Assembly: GCA_964413645.1 (NCBI GenBank)
Contig: CAYPSA010000005.1
Coordinates: forward strand, 2,820-66,819
DNA: 64,000 bases
Source of the DNA: an uncultured Gammaproteobacteria bacterium
GTDB lineage: Bacteria; Patescibacteriota; Microgenomatia; UBA1406; HO2-37-13b
Direction of reading: 5' to 3'
Below are positions 9,041 to 17,707 of the stretch, one piece after another. Both the position numbers and the translations under genes were made by a program. The notes under the pieces are model-generated. The model worked only from the letters and a program-made list of their open reading frames with translations, searched no databases and was not told where the DNA came from. Positions within the stretch are counted from its first letter, which is position 1, and each line of letters begins with the position of its first letter.

Positions 9041-9826
9041 TTATCTATTAAAAGTGTAGTGAACTATTTGTGTGTCGCGCCTATTTACTGGAATAGTATA
9101 AGAACCTCCCATCTCCTCAATTTCACTATGTAATTTATCTCGCGATGATCCAAATGGAGCAGTCATAAAGTCTGGATGGTGTTCGATAAAAAGCTCGGCA
9201 ATTCGTCTATCTTGCAACGCCTTACGCATGCCTGCAACAACTAAGCTTTCGGCTCCCTCTACATCCATTTTTGCAATTATCTGTTGATCAGGATTTACAA
9301 GTGAATCGACTAGATCATCAAATCTAACTGATTCAACGGTCATTGAAGAACGAATACGAGGGTCAGCATGCAGCGAAGGTGCTTGTCCTTGGAGTCCGTC
9401 AGTATGTAAAGTTACTTCACCGCTTGTATCGCTTAAAGCATAAGGAAGAGCACGTACTTCAGGAGAGAAAAGATTCAGGGCGATATTTGCTTTTAGTGCC
9501 TGTAGTGACTCAGGATCAGGCTCAAACGCAAGCACTTTACCATTTGGTCCTAGAATTGATGCGGCGAGTAATGTGTATGCTCCAGCAGCAGCTCCTATAT
9601 CAACAAAGCAACTTGTTGGGTCACGTCTCAAGGAAGCGGCAAGCTCAACAAGTGCAGGCCGCTCCTGCATTAAACCTAGCATCCTTTTCGCATCTTTAAA
9701 TGACCTTATATGGGCACTTGGAAAATTACCATCAACACCGTACCCACCCAAGGGGAGAATTAAGTCAAATGGACTATTGCGACGACCCGGTCTATTCTCT
9801 GACATACTATGGGTGGTATTATACAT
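9041..9826 (-). CDS. FkbM-family SAM-dependent methyltransferase
   Basis: FVDIGAAAGAYTLLAA (SAM motif I), VLAFEPDP, and the KMDVEGAE FkbM signature. ATG at 9826; the track start at 9829 is TTG. Confidence 0.75.
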   Translation of the reverse strand: MYNTTHSMSENRPGRRNSPFDLILPLGGYGVDGNFPSAHIRSFKDAKRMLGLMQERPALVELAASLRRDPTSCFVDIGAAAGAYTLLAASILGPNGKVLAFEPDPESLQALKANIALNLFSPEVRALPYALSDTSGEVTLHTDGLQGQAPSLHADPRIRSSMTVESVRFDDLVDSLVNPDQQIIAKMDVEGAESLVVAGMRKALQDRRIAELFIEHHPDFMTAPFGSSRDKLHSEIEEMGGSYTIPVNRRDTQIVHYTFNR

Positions 9827-9840
9827 CAAATTTATCCCTA

Positions 9841-9849
9841 TGGTATAAT
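9841..9849 (+). promoter_or_regulatory. Extended -10 box (TGgTATAAT) upstream of the LysM/M23 gene
   Basis: Sequence is TGgTATAATcagttactctATG, with 10 nt between the -10 box and the ATG at 9860. Confidence 0.45.
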
Positions 9850-9859
9850 CAGTTACTCT

Positions 9860-10954
9860 ATGTTCTCAGCTCGGGCTTTTTGGCGCGACATTACAGAATT
9901 TACTCAGTTTACCAGTACCTATCTAAAGAGGCATTTATTTACGTATGGCTCACGTTTTGAACGTATTAAAGGATTTGTCGTTGCGATTCTCGTCGTTAAG
10001 CGAGGAAAATATTCGCAATCATTCCTAAACACCTCTTTTTTCCTCCTCATTTCCGCAGCAGTCGTAGCGGGTCCGGCAATCGCTGAAAATAATCCATTTC
10101 TGAGCGACTATTTGAATGCAAATCAATCTGCCCCATCAGCCGCAGTACTCGATGTCGATGTATATTCAAAATCTACTAATACCACCTTCTCTCAAAAACC
10201 TCGAGATACTGTGGTGGAGTATGAAGTTAAGGGCGGTGATACGCTCGAATCGGTCGGAAAGAAGTTTGACATTAGCGTTGACACTATTAAATGGGAAAAC
10301 GATTTGTCAGGTGAAATTATTAAGCCAGGTCAAAAGCTTCGAATTCTCCCTGTTACCGGTGTGGCCCATAAAGTATCTTCTGGAGAAACTATTTATTCGA
10401 TTGCAAAAAAATATCACACTGAAGCGCAGGCAATTGTTAACTTCCCATTTAACGATTATTCTGACGCAGAAACATTTGCACTAACGAGCGGACAAACGCT
10501 TTTTGTTCCTGATGGAAGCATCATTCCCGTCGCACCTGCTCGTAAGACTGGGCCTGGCGGATTCTACAATGGTCCAATTGTTGCCGGAAAGGGAAGCGGA
10601 AACTTTATTTGGCCAGCAAGTGGAGGAATTACTACTTATCCAGTTTGGTACCATATGGCGCTTGATATTGCTAATAACTCAGCGCCACCTATATTAGCGT
10701 CCGACGAAGGAACGGTTACATATGCGGGCTGTTTGAATTGGGGATATGGCTGTCACGTAATCATTAACCACGGTAATGGATTCCAGACACTATATGGGCA
10801 TTTGTCACGAATTGGAGTCAATCCTGGGCAATCTGTGGGCCGTGGAAGCTCTATTGGAAACATGGGATCAACAGGGCGATCAACCGGTATGCACTTGCAC
10901 TTTGAGATTCGTCAGAATGGAGTACTGTTGAATCCGCTGGGGTATTTGAAATAA
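9860..10954 (+). CDS. LysM-domain M23 family metallopeptidase (peptidoglycan hydrolase)
   Basis: TM anchor, then two LysM repeats (YEVKGGDTLESVGKKF.., HKVSSGETIYSIAKKY..). The M23 core is HVIINHGNGFQTLYGHL...GSTGRSTGMHLHFEI. Start placed at ATG 9860 (MFSARAF). Confidence 0.85.
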   Translation: MFSARAFWRDITEFTQFTSTYLKRHLFTYGSRFERIKGFVVAILVVKRGKYSQSFLNTSFFLLISAAVVAGPAIAENNPFLSDYLNANQSAPSAAVLDVDVYSKSTNTTFSQKPRDTVVEYEVKGGDTLESVGKKFDISVDTIKWENDLSGEIIKPGQKLRILPVTGVAHKVSSGETIYSIAKKYHTEAQAIVNFPFNDYSDAETFALTSGQTLFVPDGSIIPVAPARKTGPGGFYNGPIVAGKGSGNFIWPASGGITTYPVWYHMALDIANNSAPPILASDEGTVTYAGCLNWGYGCHVIINHGNGFQTLYGHLSRIGVNPGQSVGRGSSIGNMGSTGRSTGMHLHFEIRQNGVLLNPLGYLK

Positions 10955-11011
10955 GCCCTGTCATCCAGAACCTACCTGTCATTCTGAGCGTAGCGAAGAA
11001 TCTCCATGTTA

Positions 11012-11116
11012 ACTCCGCTCGATACCATGATGCTCAACCATGGTGAGCCCGCTCCAATTTTACACACAATCAAAGTAGCGGTCTCAAATGGTCTCGCATC
11101 AGATATCTCGCGCCGT
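11012..11116. repeat. ~105-bp intergenic element, copy 1 (conserved ends ACTCCGCTCGATACC ... CAGATATCTCGCGCCGT)
   Basis: The same 15-nt 5' end and 17-nt 3' end, in the same orientation and at nearly the same length, recur at 33711-33814. The interior differs but contains a hairpin (gctca-accatggt-gagc). It lies between convergent genes. Just upstream is ctgtcattctgagcgtagcgaagaatctcc. Confidence 0.6.
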
Positions 11117-11121
11117 ATATA

Positions 11122-13146
11122 TTAATTAGTCGGAGTAGTTTCGGTAGGTAAAGCAATCTTAGGCGAAACAACCGCTTCTGGTTTTTCAGGTAGTTCTAAT
11201 TTAGCTTCAGATGAAGCATTTGGTACTTGTTCTGCAGGCGTAGTCTTTGAATCTGTTGGTGTAGGAATAGGTTCAGAAATCACCTGAGTACCCGCTATTT
11301 TAGCTTCTTGGAACAACTTCAAGTCTCCTTCAACCTTTACATAATCAGCTCCGCCCCGATCCAGCAGCGTTAATACATTTTGTAGAACCGAAATTGCCTT
11401 ATCGTATTCCTTATTTTGGAAATATGCCCAGGCCAAATTATATCGCGCGTTTGCCCAATCAGGTTTTAAGCTTACTGCCTGTGCAAAAAACGTTGCAGCA
11501 TTAGGAAACTGTTTTAATGAAAAATATACACCTCCAAGCGCAAGGCGGAGTTGTGGATTAACCGGATCAAGTAAGATTGCCTTTTGATAAGCAGAAATTG
11601 ACCATGCATCTGCGCCTTCAGCGACATTGAGTAAATTTTGATAAATTACCGCTAAATTCTCCCAGTTACTAGCTTTATCGGGGTTAAGTGCGACAGAAGC
11701 TTTTGCTTCGCGAATAGCATCTTGAATTGCCTGTGTAATATTTTGACGGTCTTGTTCAGTGAGTGTGTCTTTTTTCTGCAAGGCAATATTGTTCGCGATG
11801 AGTAAATTTAATTGACTAAACGTAAGTCGATATTTTTCTTCGTACGGATTCATAATGATTGCACGTTGTAAGTTTAGATAAATAGGAGCGACTTGTCCGG
11901 TAGAAAGCGCATCGAGTGAGTTTTTGAAATGATATTCAGCCATATATCGACGCCCATATACATAAACAGATGATGGTAGTAATATTGCGAGCGTGAATAT
12001 TATGACTAAATAGGCAAGTAAATTATGATGGAAATTGAATTCAATCTTTTTCTGCTGACCCTGTGAAGCTAATAATCCCAAATAGATAAAGAATAAAAAT
12101 AGAACTTGAAATGATGGTGGGAATAGAACAAATGCACCTATTAAATAAAGAGTGCCGAAAATAAATTCTTTTGCGTGTGTATTATTTGTTCGTACCAGTT
12201 CATGTAGTTTTCGCACGAGTAGAATAACAATAAGCAACATGCTTGCCAATCCAACCAAGCCAGTTTCTGTCCATGTGTGTAAAAACCCGCTTCGAGATAC
12301 GGAAAAATTAATATTCCACAAGTCGCTCGAGTTATATGACGTATTTTTCACGAGCGTGAACTGACCCGAGAAGTTATCGACTCCTACTCCAAAAAGAGCT
12401 GTTTGAGGACGTTTGAGCGTTTCAATTGCTGCAAGCCATGATTGAGAAACCGGAGGAAGCCTAAGCTGATTTGTTTTAACAATATAATAGGTATTCAAAA
12501 TAATCACGACCGTTGCAATTCCCCCAGCAACTAATACGGGTAGTTCCTTTGTTTTTTTTGTGATCAAGCGCGCGATGGCTAAAGTAATAAAGAATCCTGA
12601 AAAGAGCATTAGATCAAGCGCACTTCCAACCGTATTAAAAAGTGGCGTCTTTAAAAACATCATGTTAGGCGAGAGTATTTGGGAAGCGAATGGATTTGGA
12701 TAGAATGCAATCGCAATAACACCGGCCATAGCTGTGCCGATGCTAAGTAATTCCAAGGGCTTGAAAACTTTCCAGTCATGCGACGGTGTGTTTTTTATGA
12801 CTAAATACAATACGAAAAAAACAATAAGTCCAGCAACGCAACCTGGAAGGTGGAACAGTGCGTTAATTTTGTTTGGCGATGAAATGAGTGTGCTAAATGC
12901 AGTTGCTACTATTAGAAAAAATACGGACGTATCGATAACGGTGTAATTAAACGTCATCTTTCGTTCGGTTATTAATTGAAGTAATAAAGTGACTGACAAT
13001 AGGAATGCGATGGTGAATGAAAATAGAAATTTGTTTGTGTTATAAAATTCCTGGGTAATAGGTAAGAAGAATAGAGGAAAAACGATTAGTAAAATACTTA
13101 GTAGGGAGATTTTTATTTTTGTGAACATTCTATTCATTGTAATCAT
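11122..13146 (-). CDS. O-antigen ligase/Wzy_C-like polytopic membrane protein with C-terminal TPR repeats
   Basis: About 10 TM helices, including the Wzy_C-like FLHTWTETGLVGLASMLL and FGVGVDNF. The C-terminal third has TPR-like repeats (ASNWENLAVIYQN.., ANARYNLAWAYFQNKEYDKAI). The start is ambiguous (ATG 13146/13137/13128; track start 13164 is TTG). Confidence 0.7.
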   Translation of the reverse strand: MITMNRMFTKIKISLLSILLIVFPLFFLPITQEFYNTNKFLFSFTIAFLLSVTLLLQLITERKMTFNYTVIDTSVFFLIVATAFSTLISSPNKINALFHLPGCVAGLIVFFVLYLVIKNTPSHDWKVFKPLELLSIGTAMAGVIAIAFYPNPFASQILSPNMMFLKTPLFNTVGSALDLMLFSGFFITLAIARLITKKTKELPVLVAGGIATVVIILNTYYIVKTNQLRLPPVSQSWLAAIETLKRPQTALFGVGVDNFSGQFTLVKNTSYNSSDLWNINFSVSRSGFLHTWTETGLVGLASMLLIVILLVRKLHELVRTNNTHAKEFIFGTLYLIGAFVLFPPSFQVLFLFFIYLGLLASQGQQKKIEFNFHHNLLAYLVIIFTLAILLPSSVYVYGRRYMAEYHFKNSLDALSTGQVAPIYLNLQRAIIMNPYEEKYRLTFSQLNLLIANNIALQKKDTLTEQDRQNITQAIQDAIREAKASVALNPDKASNWENLAVIYQNLLNVAEGADAWSISAYQKAILLDPVNPQLRLALGGVYFSLKQFPNAATFFAQAVSLKPDWANARYNLAWAYFQNKEYDKAISVLQNVLTLLDRGGADYVKVEGDLKLFQEAKIAGTQVISEPIPTPTDSKTTPAEQVPNASSEAKLELPEKPEAVVSPKIALPTETTPTN

Positions 13147-13164
13147 AGCATCAATACTTTTCAA

Positions 13165-16100
13165 CTAATTAATTATCCACCAATTAAATGTGGCGGCGGT
13201 TTTTATTGGGCTATCAATGGTAACAACGAAATAACTCCTACATGCTTGATCAGTTTCAGTTATCTGAACATCACAAGTTTTTTTCTCAGAAACATATACT
13301 GGCTGATTTTCTGTTTTAGATGTGGAAGTTAAGTACACAAGTGAATTTTTAGATAGCTTTTCGTTATATATAATAATGTTGCTTTTGCCGACAGGGATCT
13401 CTCCTGTTCCGGCAGATTGCGCGTTCGTAGAAATTGCCGCAGTTAAACTGGACTTGTTTTGAACGTCTCCGCTATCGGCTATGAATGTATTTACACCAAT
13501 TCCCCCTTCAAAGAATGCTGAACCCGAAGCATTAATAGAAGCAACCTCACGCGCCTCGTCATTTAAAATCTGCAGGCTTGCAGATTGCGAGGCATCCTCA
13601 CTTAAGCTCACTTTAAGGTTATCTCCTTTATTAATTGGTGAAAGGTGATTTGTACGAACTCCTTTTTGAGCGATTACTTCCCCTTTTGTTGTTAATGTTC
13701 CATCTCGAGCAATCATAACAGCTCCATCGAGTAAATTTATGGAAGCAAGCGCTGTTAGTTTAAGTTCAAAAGCAAGGCCAGTAATGGTGTCATCGCGTAT
13801 AGATACGCTCCCAGCCAAAAGAGAATTAGCCACAGAAGCGTCGTAAAAGCTCGCTTTGTTTAAGACAGTAATTTCGTCTATTGGATCTATAGAATTAAAT
13901 ACGGACGTATCTTTATCGTACAGTCGCGCATCGGGAAGTGGGGCGTTTTTTAACTCGTTCACCATTTTTTCAATATCGGTAATATTACTTGCTTCTATGC
14001 GGTTTGCCACAAGCGTGCCCGAAACACTCGCTTGTTGTGTGGTAAGTGTTGAGCTCGTAAGTACTTGTGTATTAACGTTTTGTGCCTCCACGCTTTGAGT
14101 CTCGACATTTTGTGCTTGTAATGTACCTGAAAGCGTCGCATTTCCTAACGCATCAAAAGAGGCGACGGTTTGATTATTAAAACCTTGAATAATCAGCTGT
14201 GCTAACGGGCCAGAGCTTGATATGTTGGTTGATGCTGAAGAACTTGATTCACTCTCTTCAGGAGCTAGGTCGATAACGAGGTCGCTTTTAGGTGCGGGGA
14301 GTATGGTTTTTGAAACAAGCGTACCCGTCTCAACGACAGGTGACGAAATTTTTTCTTCTACTTGAATTGTTTTAGCTATCAGATTGGAAAAGCGAGATAT
14401 TAGTTCTCTTAAACTCTCTCTGTTGGTACCTAGAACAGTTCTATCGTACGCGAGCTGGTTTTTTTGAGTGACCTCATAGTATCCCGGCTGAATAGTCGCT
14501 CGAATCGTTTTGGTGCCTGTTCCATTGTAGGCTTCTTGTGCAAATCCCACAATTCTCATATTTTGGGTCGCACGAGCTACTTCTCCGGGAATGGTGGAGT
14601 ACGATAGAGGGTCACCTGAAGTAATTGTGCCTGAAGCGGAAGAAACTTTCACTGGTAATTGTCCAACTAAACCAACGAGCGTGTATTTTTCATCATCTTC
14701 CCCTTTGCTGTTTCCCACAAACGCAGCATTATTTGAAACGACCCCTAGGACATTAGTATATGTTGTATCGCATGGTCGAACCATACCATCGGCAACCAAG
14801 CATATAAGTGTGCCTGCATTCCAAAGAGATGTACTTTTTGAATCTAAACTCGAATCTTTCAGAAAATACTCAGCAAAGTCTCCTCCTCCAGAAGTGAAAC
14901 TAACGCCACTCGCACCGTTACTTTGGATTTTTCCTTGAACTTCGTCATTTCCCTTAGTAAACGTAATAAATTCATTACTTGTGTTACCTCCACCGGTAAA
15001 TCCTAATTTAATAAGCAATCCCTTACTGCTGGCGTCGCTATTGGTATTCTCAACCTTGAGTGTAGATATATTTGCTTGGGAATCGACAACGGTTAATTTG
15101 TTTGTCGGTGCAATCGTTCCCAACCCAATACGATTGTTTTTTGTATCCATGCTTAATAGGTCGGTTTGAAAGGCGAGTGCATTTACTGTATTACCTGGAA
15201 GAGCTATCCCCGATGCATTTGCAAACGATAGGGTAGAGGCGTTGAAATTTACTTTCTGGCTTCCAGAGGCCCCAAGTGTTAGGTCGCCTCCAATTCGCGT
15301 CGTGCCCGCAACATCCAAATTAAAGGTGGGATTTGTTGTGCCAATACCAAAGTTGCCCGCATTTATCCAGCTCTTATCACTCGTATATGGAGAAAGTCTA
15401 ATCCGTGCCAGGCTTGCTACAGACGAACCAAGGATAAATTCATCTCCTGCATTGGTTGTGGAAAGTGTATTTCCTTCGCGTTTTAAGTATCCTGAAATAC
15501 CAGATAAACCCGGGTAAATATTTTCTACATACAGTGCATTGAACCTATTATTGCTCGAACCTAGGTCTTGAATGCCGGTATTAGTAGGAATAATATTCCC
15601 CGTAATTGCTAATTCTCCACCAGCTTTAATTGTGCTTACTTGTTCACCTCCTACAAGGAATTTAATTTGTCCTGATTCTGTGGCTGAAAGGGTAACGTCT
15701 CCATCTAAACTGCTCTGCAGAAGTACTCCGCGAGCGCTGGTTATGGCAAAATTTGCCGATTCAAGTGTAGAACGGATTGCGGCAGTTTCTGTAGACAATA
15801 CAATTTCACCCTCGTCATTTACTGCTAAGTTACCAGTGGGAGCGTCGCTGCTGGTCGCGTTTCGCGAAGATATTGGCGTGCGAGGTTGCATTTCGGTATC
15901 ATTTCCGATTTTAATACCTAAATAAAGCTGGGGATTAGTAGTAAATACGTCTTCTCGAATAGGGCTTCCACAAGCCCCGCCAATCGTCGTTTGAAAAGCG
16001 CCTTGCATATTTGGAGTTACGGTACAAACTCCACTTGAATATACCTGTTTTCCTCCTAATGCATCGTTATATAACGATAAAACAACTTTTGTTTTGTTGG

Positions 16101-16479
16101 CAATAATAAAACCACTAGCATCGGTAAGTTTTCCCGAGAAAGAAAGAGTGCGTGTATTGGGTTTATATGCGGCACTAAATCCAATGGTTGATGGGGTTTG
16201 TTGCGTCCTTGCAATTGCGCCTCCAATAATCAGTAATAATACAAGACTTCCACCGACAAGTGCGTAAAGTGCACCCTTATGCTGTATGGTAGAACGTGGC
16301 GCCACTTTAAAGCCTGAACTTTGAGGAGTTAGTGTTGTTGAATTTTCTTCAGTAGATTGCTTTTTCTTCATCCACCCGGTAAAGCTATTCGCTAAAAGCA
16401 CTCGTCGCTCAACCTCATCAGGAGTCAAGCCCTGGCTTTCAAGCTTCAGTCGATATTGATTAATACTAGGTACGCTCAT
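13165..16479 (-). CDS. 1,104-aa membrane-anchored fibre/adhesin-like protein, paralog of the giant protein
   Basis: Short cytoplasmic N-terminus, then a TM helix (ALYALVGGSLVLLLIIGGAI). Has the G[IL]GTxxPxxxL.V motifs (FGIGTTNPTFNLDVAGTTRIGGDL; IGLGTIAPTNKLTVV). The middle region (FAEYF...VLGVVS...GQLPVKV...GDPL) and the C-terminal ~130 aa ending FNWWIIN parallel the giant ORF's end (FDWFIVN). Confidence 0.8.
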   Translation of the reverse strand: MSVPSINQYRLKLESQGLTPDEVERRVLLANSFTGWMKKKQSTEENSTTLTPQSSGFKVAPRSTIQHKGALYALVGGSLVLLLIIGGAIARTQQTPSTIGFSAAYKPNTRTLSFSGKLTDASGFIIANKTKVVLSLYNDALGGKQVYSSGVCTVTPNMQGAFQTTIGGACGSPIREDVFTTNPQLYLGIKIGNDTEMQPRTPISSRNATSSDAPTGNLAVNDEGEIVLSTETAAIRSTLESANFAITSARGVLLQSSLDGDVTLSATESGQIKFLVGGEQVSTIKAGGELAITGNIIPTNTGIQDLGSSNNRFNALYVENIYPGLSGISGYLKREGNTLSTTNAGDEFILGSSVASLARIRLSPYTSDKSWINAGNFGIGTTNPTFNLDVAGTTRIGGDLTLGASGSQKVNFNASTLSFANASGIALPGNTVNALAFQTDLLSMDTKNNRIGLGTIAPTNKLTVVDSQANISTLKVENTNSDASSKGLLIKLGFTGGGNTSNEFITFTKGNDEVQGKIQSNGASGVSFTSGGGDFAEYFLKDSSLDSKSTSLWNAGTLICLVADGMVRPCDTTYTNVLGVVSNNAAFVGNSKGEDDEKYTLVGLVGQLPVKVSSASGTITSGDPLSYSTIPGEVARATQNMRIVGFAQEAYNGTGTKTIRATIQPGYYEVTQKNQLAYDRTVLGTNRESLRELISRFSNLIAKTIQVEEKISSPVVETGTLVSKTILPAPKSDLVIDLAPEESESSSSASTNISSSGPLAQLIIQGFNNQTVASFDALGNATLSGTLQAQNVETQSVEAQNVNTQVLTSSTLTTQQASVSGTLVANRIEASNITDIEKMVNELKNAPLPDARLYDKDTSVFNSIDPIDEITVLNKASFYDASVANSLLAGSVSIRDDTITGLAFELKLTALASINLLDGAVMIARDGTLTTKGEVIAQKGVRTNHLSPINKGDNLKVSLSEDASQSASLQILNDEAREVASINASGSAFFEGGIGVNTFIADSGDVQNKSSLTAAISTNAQSAGTGEIPVGKSNIIIYNEKLSKNSLVYLTSTSKTENQPVYVSEKKTCDVQITETDQACRSYFVVTIDSPIKTAATFNWWIIN

Positions 16480-16912
16480 GTGATAGATTCATAAATTCGT
16501 TAAGAGCTAAAACATCCTCACGCGGAAGGCCATTTGAACGTGAAAATTCTTGTACAAACTTCATTTCGGGAATAGGTGATGTGATAGCTATGTTTGAAAC
16601 CAATCGGGCAGGGTTAGAAAATTGATCACCAACGCTAGTTAAAAGGTCTCCGAAGGCTCTAAGTGAAGATAGCGAACGGTTTATCGATCGAACTGGTAGT
16701 CTGCTAGATTGAAGAAATTCTTTATATAAAGTAATGCTTCTTACATTAAAATCAGGCACATTTTCATGTGCATTCATCCATGATAAGAACATTCGAAGGT
16801 CAGATACGTAATTCTTACGAGTTACTTTACTTAAATTCTTTTGAGATAAATAATTATCAAAATGGACTGTAACAGTAGGTACATTATACCGATCGACACT
16901 ATTTTTAAACAT
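16466..16912 (-). CDS. Stand-alone phage-integrase N-terminal SAM-like (core-binding) domain protein; no catalytic domain
   Basis: 148 aa. FDNYLSQKNLSKVTRKNYVSDLRMFLSWM...ITLYKEFL...SINRSLSSLRAFGDLL...NPA matches the XerC/D N-terminal helix pattern. There is no R-K-H-R-H-Y catalytic region. Overlaps the fibre gene start by 14 nt. Confidence 0.65.
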   Translation of the reverse strand: MFKNSVDRYNVPTVTVHFDNYLSQKNLSKVTRKNYVSDLRMFLSWMNAHENVPDFNVRSITLYKEFLQSSRLPVRSINRSLSSLRAFGDLLTSVGDQFSNPARLVSNIAITSPIPEMKFVQEFSRSNGLPREDVLALNEFMNLSHERT

Positions 16913-16920
16913 ACTTATTC

Positions 16921-16949
16921 ATGCTAAGGTATTATCCAGGGCTTGTCAA
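16921..16949 (-). promoter_or_regulatory. Promoter TTGACA-17-TAGCAT, 8 nt upstream of ATG 16912
   Basis: Minus strand reads TTGACAagccctggataatacctTAGCATgaataagtATG. Confidence 0.5.
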
Positions 16950-17707
16950 GAGTTAAAAATGTATAAAAAGACATATTATGATATAGTTCCCAAGGTGTGT
17001 GAAACTAACACAAAACGAGCATATATTAAGCTTTAACCGTATTTATCCGATATACCGTAGACAAAACTTATAGACGTAAATATATAGAACTAAATCATAA
17101 GGCCTATAACAAACAGTGTATATAGTGCTAATATCTAAAATGCTCTATTTGCGGGACTTGATGATCTTGGATTTGTGCCTAGCTTTTAGCACGAGGCCAT
17201 GTGAAGCCATAAATAACATCGGATACTTTAATTATTAATTCAGAGTCAATCTAAAATATTTTGCAAGATTTCGACTCATGGAGTGATTCTTATTATGAAG
17301 CATGATACATGTTTGGGCCGATGAAACAACCTAAGTTATTTCTGAGGCCTTGTGAGGTGTTTTGTGGTAATTAAGCACAACTAATCTGTTTATTTTTTGG
17401 TTTTAAGATTCTAGAAATGAAAATGTTAATTTTTTGTTGATTTCGTGAAATTTTCACTTACTCTGGATGGAACCGGAAGTGGCAGAAAATATGTATAAGT
17501 GCTAGCTTTTTTCAACATTTAAAACGGATTGTCGTAGTAGCACAAAGACAATACTTCATATAAACATGGAATTTTGGAGAGAATTTTGTTTTGATTAGGA
17601 CGTAAAATTTGCGTATTCTCAAATTTCTTATTGACAAAAAATATTGCGTCTGTTAGTCTTCTTGCATAGCAAGTAACGAACGTTGATATAAATAATATAC
17701 AATAACT

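Noticed and set aside
16466-16912. Integrase-like gene considered as evidence of a mobile element or prophage boundary
   Set aside because: Only the N-terminal SAM-like core-binding domain is present. There is no catalytic domain, att-like repeat, transposase or phage gene nearby. It is operonic, with a 14-nt overlap onto the fibre gene.
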